This document shows, one piece after another, positions 20,447 to 29,656 of a stretch of 64,000 nt of DNA (position 1 is the first letter of the stretch; every line of letters starts with the position of its first letter). A program made the position numbers and the translations under genes. The stretch lies in sequence record DRR378314_409; one strand, written 5' to 3'. The notes under the pieces were generated by a model. It was not told the origin of the DNA. It made no database searches and worked only from the letters and a program-made list of their open reading frames with translations.

Positions 20447-23400
20447 GCCACTAACTCCTTTTTCAATTCCGTCAAGTCAGCCTTCAAACTGTTTCGCCTG
20501 GGTTGCCATAAACCTCGGTTGAGGGCCTCCTCAAACCGCTCCAACATGTCTATCAGGGCATCCGGGTTATTTTCTTCCAGGAACTGCCGGACGGTTTCAT
20601 CTTTAATATAGGCATCATACAGGAGGTCAAAGTGATGATCCTTGACCGCCTGCGCAGTTGCCGCAAACGCAAAAAGATAATCGACTGTCGCACTCATTTC
20701 AAAAGCGCCTTTGTAGCCGTGGCGCATGACACTTTCGATCCATTTAGGGTTTGCTGCACGAGCCCGAACGATCCGTCCGATTTCGTCTTCCAATGTTCTG
20801 ATTTTTGGGCTTTCCGGTCGCGAATGATCATTGTGATAGATATGCGGCTGCGATCCCTTCAAGTGCCGAACGGCTGCTGTCGCCCCGCCTTCAAACTGGT
20901 AATAGTCGTCGCTGTCGAGAATATCATGTTCCCGGTTGTCCTGATTATGAATGACGGCATCAATTGATTTGAGCCGGGTTTCAAACAGGCTATGGGCCGC
21001 TGTTCCCTCTGATTTGGAGCCATATGCATATCCGCCCCAGGCCACATAGGCTCGGGCCAGATCGGCTTCGCTTTCCCATCCTTTTTCATCTATCAAAGCT
21101 TGCAGACCTGCCCCATAGGCACCGGGTTTGGCGCCGAACAGGCGATAGCCTGCTTTCAGGCTTGCATCTTCTGCAGACAGACCTTCTCCAACTAATCGGT
21201 CGCGATCACTTTTAACGCGGGCGGCAAGGGGATTGGTTTGTTCATCTTCCTGCAGTTCAGCGACAGCACGAACCGCACTATCAAATAATGCCATTTGTTG
21301 AGGGAAGGCATCACGGAAAAAACCGGAAATTCGAAGTGTTACATCAACCCGCGGACGATCCAGCAGGCTTGCAGGCAGAATTTCAAATCCGACCACCCGG
21401 TTGGAGGCTTTGTCCCATCTGGGGCGAACCCCCATCAGAGCTAGGGCCTGTGCAATATCATCGCCGCCCGTTCGCATGTTTGACGTTCCCCATGCACTCA
21501 AAATCATGGATTTTGGCCAACTGCCATTTTCCTGACGGTAGTGCTGGATTAGTCTTTCTGCAGATTTCCACCCCAGCAGCCAGGCCGTCGGGGTCGGAAC
21601 AGATCGGCTATCGACAGAATAAAAATTTCGGCCTGTTGGCAGGACATCGTTGCGCCCACGGGTTGGTGCACCGGATGAGCCGGGTTCAACAAACTCGCCG
21701 TTTAACCCTTTGAGTAATCCTTGCAGTTCCAGATCTCCACAACTGCTGAGAAGAGGCAGTAGCGTGTTCCGGACATACTCCAGCACTATTGTCGTTTCAG
21801 TCCAGTTGGATGGCACTTTCTGTGATCCGCTGACCAACTGACTGGCTAATATTTCCAGTCGTTCGACAGTATCTCCATTGCTTCGCCAGGTTCCATCCGT
21901 TTGCAGGATATCTGGTTTTGAGCCCTGCCAGGGGATTGCCATTTCGCAGTCCAGGGGATCAAACTCTTCATCCAATTTCAGATCCTTGGCGATCGCCCGG
22001 ATCAGAGATTGGTTTCGTCCTGCCCCATCAAATCTGGGAATACGCACTAGTGCGACCAGCAGATCGATCAGAGACTGGCCGTCTGGTGACTGCCCGAAAA
22101 TATGTAGACCATCGCGGATTTGCAGCTCTTTTAACTCACAAAGGTAGTTATCCAGTTTGGAAAGTTGTTCGTCTTCTGGATCGATCGGATCAATCCCGCA
22201 ATCCTGATCAATCCCGCTTAGTTGGGTGAGTTCCAGGATTTGTTGACGGAGCAGTTGCAGACGGCGAGGATCGACGCCTGCCGCCTCATAATATTCATCA
22301 ACCAGTCGCTCCAGGTCGGCCAGGGGACCATAGCTTTCGGCGCGGGTCATTGGTGGGGTCAAGTGATCGATAATAACCGCTGCAGCCCGGCGTTTGGCTT
22401 GCGTTCCTTCGCCGGGGTCATTGACAATAAAAGGATACAAGTGGGGCGTCGGACCAAATACAGCCTCGGGAAAACAATTGTCAGACAGCGCCAATGCTTT
22501 GCCCGGCAGCCATTCCATATTCCCGTGTTTGCCCATATGGATCATGGCATGGACATTTTCGGATTTTCGCAGCCATGCATAAAATGCCAGATAGCCATGA
22601 GGGGGAACCAGATCCGGATCATGATAGGTTTTAACCGGATCTATATTGTAGCCACGTGCGGGCTGAATGCCGACCCAGATATTTCCATATTGCTTTAACG
22701 AAAGGTGAAAGGCACCTTCAAAGAAAAAGGGATCGGTTTGGGGCGCCCCCCATTGGTCAGTGATCTGTTGCTGCACTATTTGTGGCAGCGTTTTGAAATG
22801 TTCGAGATATCGGCTCAAGGAAAGCTGGATATCGCTTGATTGGGGTTTGCCATCCTGACGATCATTAGTTGGCCCTTGCAACAATTGGGTAATCAGGCTG
22901 TTGCCATCGGGCGGAAATTCATTGATTTGATATCCCGCATTTGAGAGGGCGTTCAGAACACGAACGGTGCCGGCAGGTGTATCCAGTCCAACACCGTTGC
23001 CCAGCCGCCCGTTTTTGTTGGGATAATTGGCAAGGATCAAGGCGACTTTTCGGTTTTCAACATCGGTGGTTTTGAGCTGTGCCCAGCTTTTTGCCAGATT
23101 AGCGACAAACTCAATCCGATCTGGAACAGATTTATAGGCAACTCTGTTTGTCTGGGTGTTTGGATCATAGCCGCCATCCGCTTTGAAAGACACGGCCCGG
23201 CTCAAAATGCGTCCATCCACCTCGGGCAGCGCCACATTCATGGCAATATCCCTTGCAGAAAGTCCGTGTAATCCACCTCGCCAGCCCGCTTCATTGCCAC
23301 CCGAAAATATCATCTGGAGTACGGGACAATTTGCAACGTCAAAAGGGCTGTCTTTTTTGACGCCGCCGGGATTGCTGACTGCAAAACCGGTACTGTTCAA

Positions 23401-24186
23401 AATAACAGCAGGTAAGTGGTCGGCGAAATAGGATCTCACAATTTCTGCAGAAACCGGATCTTTAAGACTGGAAACATAAAGAGGCAGGGGGTTGAGCCCG
23501 TTCCGTTGCAAGGCCTTGATCAGGTCATCAACCGGGCTGAGATTGTTGGCTTGAAAAAGGGCGCGGTAAAATACCAGTCCGACAACGGGGGCATTCGTCT
23601 GCCAACGTTGTTGAAGATCGGACAGGCTGGCCGTTGGTTCATTGGGCCAATAGATCCCGGCGTTCAGGAGGGGCCTTGGCTCCTGCCACTCGGTCTTGCC
23701 ATCAAGAAGGCTTTGCGCGTAGCCAAGAAAGGATTGATAGTTGAGGGCACCACCTTGGACCAAATACTGCCAAAGGCGGTGGGATGCATCCCTTGGCAGG
23801 GTGCTGAGCCCGGTCAATTCTTCGTCCGGTTGGTCATCGCCGGACAAAAAGGCAAGCGGTATGTTGTTTTGCCGGCAGCAATTGGTGATTTGCTCCACTC
23901 CATAGGGCCAGTAACTGACACCGCCAAGGAGCCTGATGATCACCAGTTTGGCGTTGGCGATCATGTCTTCCACATAAATATCAACACTCAGATTGTGGGA
24001 GAGTTGCATCTGGTTGGCCAGCCGCAAGGAAGCGGATGGGGCCAAAATTTCGGCGTATGCCAGCGAAAGGCTGGTCAGCTCACTATCGGCCGCAGACAGA
24101 AACAGAATATCGCCGGGCTTCTGGCCCAGATCAACCGCTTCAGATCCATCTGATATTCCGCCTGGTGTTGCGGCCAATAAATGCAT
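20443..24186 (-). CDS. cobN: Cobaltochelatase large subunit
   Basis: 1247 aa; MHLLA start, VALPEVDG, HMGKHGNMEWLPGK, NDPGEG.QAKRR, LPTGRNFY, RISGFFRDAF, NPKWI..VMRHGYKG. Confidence 0.97.
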   Translation of the reverse strand: MHLLAATPGGISDGSEAVDLGQKPGDILFLSAADSELTSLSLAYAEILAPSASLRLANQMQLSHNLSVDIYVEDMIANAKLVIIRLLGGVSYWPYGVEQITNCCRQNNIPLAFLSGDDQPDEELTGLSTLPRDASHRLWQYLVQGGALNYQSFLGYAQSLLDGKTEWQEPRPLLNAGIYWPNEPTASLSDLQQRWQTNAPVVGLVFYRALFQANNLSPVDDLIKALQRNGLNPLPLYVSSLKDPVSAEIVRSYFADHLPAVILNSTGFAVSNPGGVKKDSPFDVANCPVLQMIFSGGNEAGWRGGLHGLSARDIAMNVALPEVDGRILSRAVSFKADGGYDPNTQTNRVAYKSVPDRIEFVANLAKSWAQLKTTDVENRKVALILANYPNKNGRLGNGVGLDTPAGTVRVLNALSNAGYQINEFPPDGNSLITQLLQGPTNDRQDGKPQSSDIQLSLSRYLEHFKTLPQIVQQQITDQWGAPQTDPFFFEGAFHLSLKQYGNIWVGIQPARGYNIDPVKTYHDPDLVPPHGYLAFYAWLRKSENVHAMIHMGKHGNMEWLPGKALALSDNCFPEAVFGPTPHLYPFIVNDPGEGTQAKRRAAAVIIDHLTPPMTRAESYGPLADLERLVDEYYEAAGVDPRRLQLLRQQILELTQLSGIDQDCGIDPIDPEDEQLSKLDNYLCELKELQIRDGLHIFGQSPDGQSLIDLLVALVRIPRFDGAGRNQSLIRAIAKDLKLDEEFDPLDCEMAIPWQGSKPDILQTDGTWRSNGDTVERLEILASQLVSGSQKVPSNWTETTIVLEYVRNTLLPLLSSCGDLELQGLLKGLNGEFVEPGSSGAPTRGRNDVLPTGRNFYSVDSRSVPTPTAWLLGWKSAERLIQHYRQENGSWPKSMILSAWGTSNMRTGGDDIAQALALMGVRPRWDKASNRVVGFEILPASLLDRPRVDVTLRISGFFRDAFPQQMALFDSAVRAVAELQEDEQTNPLAARVKSDRDRLVGEGLSAEDASLKAGYRLFGAKPGAYGAGLQALIDEKGWESEADLARAYVAWGGYAYGSKSEGTAAHSLFETRLKSIDAVIHNQDNREHDILDSDDYYQFEGGATAAVRHLKGSQPHIYHNDHSRPESPKIRTLEDEIGRIVRARAANPKWIESVMRHGYKGAFEMSATVDYLFAFAATAQAVKDHHFDLLYDAYIKDETVRQFLEENNPDALIDMLERFEEALNRGLWQPRRNSLKADLTELKKELVA

Positions 24187-24188
24187 GA

Positions 24189-25226
24189 TTAGCCTTCCAG
24201 AAGTTTGGTAATAGCAGCTTCATCTAGGCCGTGCTCGCCAATAATAACCAGGCGGCTAACCGGGTTTTCATTGGCCTGCCATTCCCGGTCATAATAATGT
24301 TGGATCCGGTTTCCAACGGCCTGCACCACAAGGCGCATTGCTTTTCCCTCAACGGCAATGAACCCTTTTGCCCGTAAAATACCATGAGTTTCAATGGCAG
24401 CCTTCAAGCGATCCAGAATTTCATTGGGAGTATCAGGGTTTGCCAGTTGGACTACAAAACTGTCGAAGTCGTCATGTTCATGATCATCGGCAGAATCATG
24501 ATGGGACTTTCGCACGTCCAAATCATCCTCTGCGGCCGCTCCAATCCCTAAAAGCACGCTGGCATCCAGCTTGCCATGACTGGTTTTAATAATTTTGACG
24601 GCCGGGCGAACTTGCGCGCTGATGTCCTCGGATGCTTTGTCGATGGCTTCGGCAGAAAGCATATCAGCTTTGTTGAGAAGGATCATATCTGCACAGTTGA
24701 GCTGGTCTTCAAATAATTCTTCCAGTGGGCTGTCATGATCCAGGTTCTCGTCGGCTTCCCGCTGGGCCTGCACCGCATCCGGATTAGCCGCAAACAAACC
24801 ATCGCGGTATGCGGGTCCATCTATAACGGTTACAACGCCATCAACGGTTACCTGGGTTCGAACTTCAGGCCAGCCGAAGGCCCGAACCAGCGGTTTTGGC
24901 AAGGCAAGACCGGACGTTTCGACGATTATATGGTCTGGCCGATTTTCCCGATCCAACAGAGCCTGGATCGTTGGCAGGAAATCATCAGCAACCGTGCAGC
25001 AGATGCAGCCATTTGCCAGCTCAAGGATGTCGTCCTCATCGCAATTTTCGTTGCCGCATCCTTTAAGGACCTCCCCATCAACGCCAAGATCGCCAAATTC
25101 GTTGATGATCAGAGCGAGGCGCTTGCCATTGGCGTTCTCAATGAGATTGCGAATGAGGCTGGTCTTACCGGCCCCCAAGAAGCCGGTAATAACGGTAGCG
25201 GGAATTTTTTCGTTGTTATTTTGCAT
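24189..25226 (-). CDS. cobW: Cobalamin biosynthesis metallochaperone GTPase (COG0523)
   Basis: TGFLGAGKT, INEFG, NGCICCTVADDF, ETSGLA.P, NKAD; directly upstream of cobN. Confidence 0.95.
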   Translation of the reverse strand: MQNNNEKIPATVITGFLGAGKTSLIRNLIENANGKRLALIINEFGDLGVDGEVLKGCGNENCDEDDILELANGCICCTVADDFLPTIQALLDRENRPDHIIVETSGLALPKPLVRAFGWPEVRTQVTVDGVVTVIDGPAYRDGLFAANPDAVQAQREADENLDHDSPLEELFEDQLNCADMILLNKADMLSAEAIDKASEDISAQVRPAVKIIKTSHGKLDASVLLGIGAAAEDDLDVRKSHHDSADDHEHDDFDSFVVQLANPDTPNEILDRLKAAIETHGILRAKGFIAVEGKAMRLVVQAVGNRIQHYYDREWQANENPVSRLVIIGEHGLDEAAITKLLEG

Positions 25227-25341
25227 AGGATAAACCTGCCGAGTGGAAAAAACGTCGGAATAGGGCAGACTTAGATGTCTGCGGCGGTATTTTAGGGCAC
25301 GAGTGCAGCATAAGCTGCTGTGATGTATCAGCCAACATCAT
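25216..25341 (-). CDS. Putative 41-aa leader ORF between riboswitch and cobW (not in ORF track)
   Basis: GGAGG at 25349-25345 followed by ATG ATG; MMLADTSQQLMLHSCPKIPPQTSKSALFRRFFHSAGLSYAK; its 3' end overlaps the cobW start. Confidence 0.35.
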   Translation of the reverse strand: MMLADTSQQLMLHSCPKIPPQTSKSALFRRFFHSAGLSYAK

Positions 25342-25369
25342 GATCCTCCGTCATGGAATATAATATTTG

Positions 25370-25538
25370 GATGGCAGGTCTCCTGACTTGCGAATGACAC
25401 CCTGATCGCCCTTCCCGTCGATAACAGTGGGATATGATCCTGGCTAATCGCTTACAGTTGCGGGGACAGTCACGGAATTGACCAAAATCGCACCGTGTTC
25501 CCTTTTAATCCCGAGCGGCTGCTCTGGAACCATCGCAA
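25370..25538 (-). promoter_or_regulatory. Cobalamin (AdoCbl) riboswitch upstream of cobW-cobN-cobO-cobQ
   Basis: Minus strand reads GGTTCC...AAAAGGGAACACGGTG...AATTCCGTGACTGTCCCCGCAACTGTAAG...CCACTG...GGGAAGG...AAGTCAGGAGACCTGCCA (B12 box). Confidence 0.95.
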
Positions 25539-25641
25539 CGGACGCTATGCTGCTTCACGCCCGGTGTCAATTCTTTAAGTGACAGCGCAGGTTACACGGA
25601 TTAAATTGCGCCAATCCTCGGTTGTTATAAAAGGTAAGTTC

Positions 25642-26058
25642 ATGCCCCCATTTCATCTCGCATTCCCGGTTTTGACGATTGAAGAAACCCGGAGTTTCTA
25701 TGTCGATTTGCTCGGCTGCAAGGTTGGACGTGAAGCGGAAAAATGGATTGATTTCAATTTCTTTGGCCATCAGATTTCCGCTCATGTAAAGCCGGAACAA
25801 TGCGATGGTGCCCGCACCAATGAGGTGGATGGAGACAATGTTCCGGTGCGTCATTTTGGTGCTGTTCTGGAATGGCGTGATTGGGAAAAGCTGCGAGATA
25901 AAGTAGCCGTCTCTGAGGTCCCCTTTTTGATCGAGCCCAGAATCCGGTTTGAAGGTCAGGCGGGGGAGCAGGGTATTTTCTTTTTGCAAGATCCTTCTGG
26001 CAATGCCATGGAATTCAAGACTTTCCGGGACATGCAAAGCCTGTTTGACAGAGGTTAG
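25642..26058 (+). CDS. VOC/glyoxalase-like (extradiol dioxygenase family) protein
   Basis: PFHLAFPV, FY..LLGC..GR, W.DF.FFGHQ, VPVRHFG, DPSGNAMEFK. Confidence 0.85.
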   Translation: MPPFHLAFPVLTIEETRSFYVDLLGCKVGREAEKWIDFNFFGHQISAHVKPEQCDGARTNEVDGDNVPVRHFGAVLEWRDWEKLRDKVAVSEVPFLIEPRIRFEGQAGEQGIFFLQDPSGNAMEFKTFRDMQSLFDRG

Positions 26059-27071
26059 GGAAAAGACTGTAGGGCGGTATTCAGGCGCATCCATTCCCCT
26101 TCAGTTGCGGGATGACCGAAGCGTAAATGATCCGGCAACTGTTTAAACGGCCTGACCAGAATTTTTTCAGTGCAAAGATGTGTGTATAAATTTGCCGCGC
26201 TGGTGCAGCGGGTAAAGGTGAATAGGCCTGTCTGTCCCTCAACGACCAGGCCGTTGTCGCTAAGAAGCCCGTGCAGACGTTGCTGATCCTGCTTGAGCTG
26301 ATAACGGGTGCGGGATATCCAGTCATGATCAGAAAGGGCCTTGCACCCGATTTCCAACGCAGGTCCGTTGATCGCCCAAGGTCCGATCAGTTCCTTCAGG
26401 TTCTGAATTATGTTTGGCGGGCCGATCGCAAACCCTAGCCGTAGGCCGGCCAGACCAAAAAATTTTCCAAACGACTTAAGCGTCAGAATTGGCAGATCCT
26501 GAAGATCTTGAGACAGGATCGAGGTGGCAGTTACATCGGCAAATGCCTCATCAAGGATCAAAACACCATTGCGGGCTTTTAGCTCCTTTGCCCGCGCCAG
26601 AAGGGTGGCCGGATCGGACACAACTCCTGTCGGATTGTTAGGCGAGACACAAACCAGCAGGTCAGCGTTCGACGTTAGTTGATCCAGGGATGCCAAGTGA
26701 CTGACTGTTGCCCCGGATCGTTGCCAACATGTTTCATGCTCCGCGTAAGTGGGGCTGAGGATACTGACGGTCCGTTGTGGCAGGATTTGGGGAAGGAGTT
26801 GAATAAGTATCTGAGTGCCGGGAGCTGCGATAATTTCAAGATGATCTGGCACTTGATAATAGCTTCGGGCTGCGCTTAATAACTCGGATTCTCGGTCGCC
26901 AGCCGGAAGCCTGCTCCAACTGCTTTTCTCAAGGGTAGGGACCGGATATGGGCGCGGATTAATTCCTGTGCTGAGGTCCAACCAATCTTCAGGCTGCCCG
27001 CCATAGCGCGCACAGGCACTGGACAGGTCCCCCCCATGATAAACATTTCTGTTATAGCTACCCGTGGTCAT
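26055..27071 (-). CDS. cobD: Threonine-phosphate decarboxylase (CobD; CobC in aerobic nomenclature)
   Basis: HGG, WLDLSTGINP, PNNPTG, DEAF, KSFGKFFGLAGLRLG PLP motif. Confidence 0.92.
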   Translation of the reverse strand: MTTGSYNRNVYHGGDLSSACARYGGQPEDWLDLSTGINPRPYPVPTLEKSSWSRLPAGDRESELLSAARSYYQVPDHLEIIAAPGTQILIQLLPQILPQRTVSILSPTYAEHETCWQRSGATVSHLASLDQLTSNADLLVCVSPNNPTGVVSDPATLLARAKELKARNGVLILDEAFADVTATSILSQDLQDLPILTLKSFGKFFGLAGLRLGFAIGPPNIIQNLKELIGPWAINGPALEIGCKALSDHDWISRTRYQLKQDQQRLHGLLSDNGLVVEGQTGLFTFTRCTSAANLYTHLCTEKILVRPFKQLPDHLRFGHPATEGEWMRLNTALQSFP

Positions 27072-27139
27072 ATTCCGGTTTCATATCTGAATTCATTCCT
27101 GTAGGTTTATGGCAATAAAATTCATGGGGTTCAAGTTAA

Positions 27140-27925
27140 GTGTCCGTAGCTGCTGCAAAAATTGATGTTCAGAATCTCGTTAAGACCTTTGATGGGGTTA
27201 ACGCGCTGGATGGCTTGAGTTTTAAAGTTTTGCCAGGTGAAATCCTCACTTTGATCGGCCCATCCGGATCCGGTAAAAGCCTGGCGTTGAAATCCATTCT
27301 AGGTTTGGTCCGCCCGAGCAGTGGGACCATCTTACTGGACGGTGCGAATGTGACGAAACTGCGCGGTGAAGCCTATGATGAGTATCTGAAGCAGTTTGGG
27401 ATCTTGTTTCAGAAATCGGGTCTGTTTGATGGCTTGCCAGTATGGGAAAATATTGGCTTTCGGCTTTTGCAAGAACCTGGTCAAACGCGCAAATCTGTCC
27501 GGGAATTGACCCTTCAGAAGCTGAAATCAGTCGGGTTGCAACCGGATATCGTTGATCTTTTCCCCTCTGAGCTTTCTGGCGGCATGCAGAAAAGGGTTGG
27601 GATCGCCAGAGCCCTCGCCGGGGAGCCGTCTATTCTGTTTCTGGACGAACCTACAGCCGGTCTTGATCCAATAATGAGCAATGTGATTAATGATCTAATT
27701 GTTCGAAATGTGCGTGAGCTTGGAAGTACTGCAATTGTCATTACAAGCAACCTCATGACAGCACGCCGGATCTCGGATCATATTGCCATGCTGCACCAGG
27801 GAAAATGTGTCTGGTCAGGAACTGTTGCAGAGGCAGAAACTGCTGACAATCCTTATATGTATCAGTTCTGGCATAAGAAAAAAGATGGCCCCATCGATAT
27901 GCCAGTGGCATCGATGACCGGCTAA
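27140..27925 (+). CDS. Orphan MlaF/Ttg2A-like ABC ATPase with atypical H-loop
   Basis: GPSGSGKS, FQKSGLFD, PSELSGGMQKRVGIARA, DEPTAGLDPI; ITSN at the usual ITHD position. Confidence 0.85.
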   Translation: MSVAAAKIDVQNLVKTFDGVNALDGLSFKVLPGEILTLIGPSGSGKSLALKSILGLVRPSSGTILLDGANVTKLRGEAYDEYLKQFGILFQKSGLFDGLPVWENIGFRLLQEPGQTRKSVRELTLQKLKSVGLQPDIVDLFPSELSGGMQKRVGIARALAGEPSILFLDEPTAGLDPIMSNVINDLIVRNVRELGSTAIVITSNLMTARRISDHIAMLHQGKCVWSGTVAEAETADNPYMYQFWHKKKDGPIDMPVASMTG

Positions 27926-27999
27926 CGCCTGGCCAACAAATTCACAAACTTTGAAAATCTGGCGTCGATTGTGCATTTCCGCGAAATGAAAGCAGTTGC

Positions 28000-28731
28000 A
28001 TGGCAGGTCAGTATGAAAGCTCTTTTTTCAAACTTTTCGAACCCAGAGAACTGACGGGCTGGCCGAACGAACAAAAATTAAAAAATATCTGGAGTGCCAT
28101 ACAGCTTTTGGACAATGTTCCTGCCAAGGAATTTAGAGCGCAGCGGTATGATACAGAAACCATTTTACGTCTAGGTGTTCAGGAAACGGTTGAAGATTCC
28201 ATTCGGGGATATTCATACCGGACATACCAATCCTGGATTGCTGATTTTAATTTTATGTCCAGATTGATGAATATCGATCAACTGATTGGCTATACCCCAA
28301 ATTTTCTGACATTGGCTTCACTGATGCCTGTTGCATTAAAGCAGCAGCGGCGAAATGCGGTGAAGCAGTATTTGGTCAAACGCCTTGATTTTGAAGATCA
28401 GTATATCCGGCGGCACGGGAATCAATTTATTCGAAGTTCTGTCATCATGTATCCGGCAGATACGCTGTTTTCAATTGCGGATGGCTATATGTATTTGCTC
28501 GCGCAAAATCATGATCAATCGGCGCGTGCCATCAAGTGCCGGATTGCAACGATGATCCGGTCATTACAACTGATGTCTGATGCCGAGATCATCCGGCTCT
28601 TTCAATGCGCTTCCACCTACAGGGACCACTTGCAATTTCTTTATCAGCAATGTCGTTACTACCGTATGTCTGTTGCTGATGTGTTTAACCTGTCGCAAAG
28701 AGAAAATGAGGGTGATGAGTTAAAAAGCTGA
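28000..28731 (+). CDS. Hypothetical protein, 243 aa, no recognised family
   Basis: Long ATG-started ORF filling the gap between genes, no competing long ORF. Confidence 0.65.
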   Translation: MAGQYESSFFKLFEPRELTGWPNEQKLKNIWSAIQLLDNVPAKEFRAQRYDTETILRLGVQETVEDSIRGYSYRTYQSWIADFNFMSRLMNIDQLIGYTPNFLTLASLMPVALKQQRRNAVKQYLVKRLDFEDQYIRRHGNQFIRSSVIMYPADTLFSIADGYMYLLAQNHDQSARAIKCRIATMIRSLQLMSDAEIIRLFQCASTYRDHLQFLYQQCRYYRMSVADVFNLSQRENEGDELKS

Positions 28732-29283
28732 ACCGGGTGTTGCTATAAAGGCATCTTCGGCAGGTGTGTTCTGTCGGCCCAGAGCAGCATTGCGATGGGG
28801 AAAACGGCCAAATTTTTCGATCACCTCTTTGTGGCGAATAGCAAAGTCCAGCTTGACGGGATCGCCGATTTTTTCAAATAGGGACACTGAATAGGATTGA
28901 TCCTCAATATTTTCGGCATGTTCGAACGGTAAGGCAGCAAAACCCTTTTCCAGATTTGTGAGTTCATCGTAAAAGCCGCTTGAAATCAAATGACGAGCGA
29001 GTTCTCGCGCCTTGCCATCACATTCGAACGCACGCGCCTCCCCCCGAAACATGTTACGGGAGAATTGGTCAAACAGGATGATCAGGGCTAAAGTACCGTC
29101 TTTATGCTCTGTCCAGTCTAGCAGATATCCGTGTTTCGCCTTCTCGTAAATATCCAGAAATTGATCACGGATTTTCTGATCAAAATCATCATTTTTTTGA
29201 AACCATTCAGATCTGTTAGAACCGTAATCCGGATGAGATTTCGGCAGGAACCAAAAATCGAGTATTTCTTGATATTGGGTCAT
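28720..29283 (-). CDS. DUF924 family protein
   Basis: ILDFWF, LA.IIL.DQFSRNMFR, LPFEHAE, H..VI.KFGRFPHRN..LGR..T. Confidence 0.92.
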   Translation of the reverse strand: MTQYQEILDFWFLPKSHPDYGSNRSEWFQKNDDFDQKIRDQFLDIYEKAKHGYLLDWTEHKDGTLALIILFDQFSRNMFRGEARAFECDGKARELARHLISSGFYDELTNLEKGFAALPFEHAENIEDQSYSVSLFEKIGDPVKLDFAIRHKEVIEKFGRFPHRNAALGRQNTPAEDAFIATPGSAF

Positions 29284-29377
29284 CGTGGATACTTTTCCTT
29301 TTCCGATTAATCTCCTCTCAATCTTATTTGATTATGGTGCTTTTCGTCCAGTTGAGTTCGTGAGGTTATGAGAACAA

Positions 29378-29653
29378 ATGAAACTGAAAAAGATGAAATG
29401 CGGCGTGAAAGGGACGGCTTTGTGTGTCGTTGCTTTGTCCTTTGCGCTTGGGGGATGCTTTGATCCGTCCCAAAAGGAAATACTTGAAAAGGTCAATGGC
29501 CTGAAAAGTGCAGAGAAAATTGCTGTTGCGTTGGGGCCTGCAGATACCACCGATGAGACCGGTGCAATGACTTTGTGGCGGTATTCAGCACGCGAAGGGG
29601 ATGTTTGCTTTTCTGTTATTCGTGACATGGCGCTTCGGATGGCGTGCCAATAA
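29378..29653 (+). CDS. Small predicted lipoprotein
   Basis: Basic N-terminus, hydrophobic stretch, lipobox-like LGGC; LGPAD...WRY; two further Cys. Confidence 0.7.
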   Translation: MKLKKMKCGVKGTALCVVALSFALGGCFDPSQKEILEKVNGLKSAEKIAVALGPADTTDETGAMTLWRYSAREGDVCFSVIRDMALRMACQ

Positions 29654-29656
29654 CAG

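Noticed and set aside
19856-24153. Long plus-strand ORFs (251 aa at 19856, 245 aa at 23416 and others)
   Set aside because: Antisense to cobO/cobN, which have full family motifs
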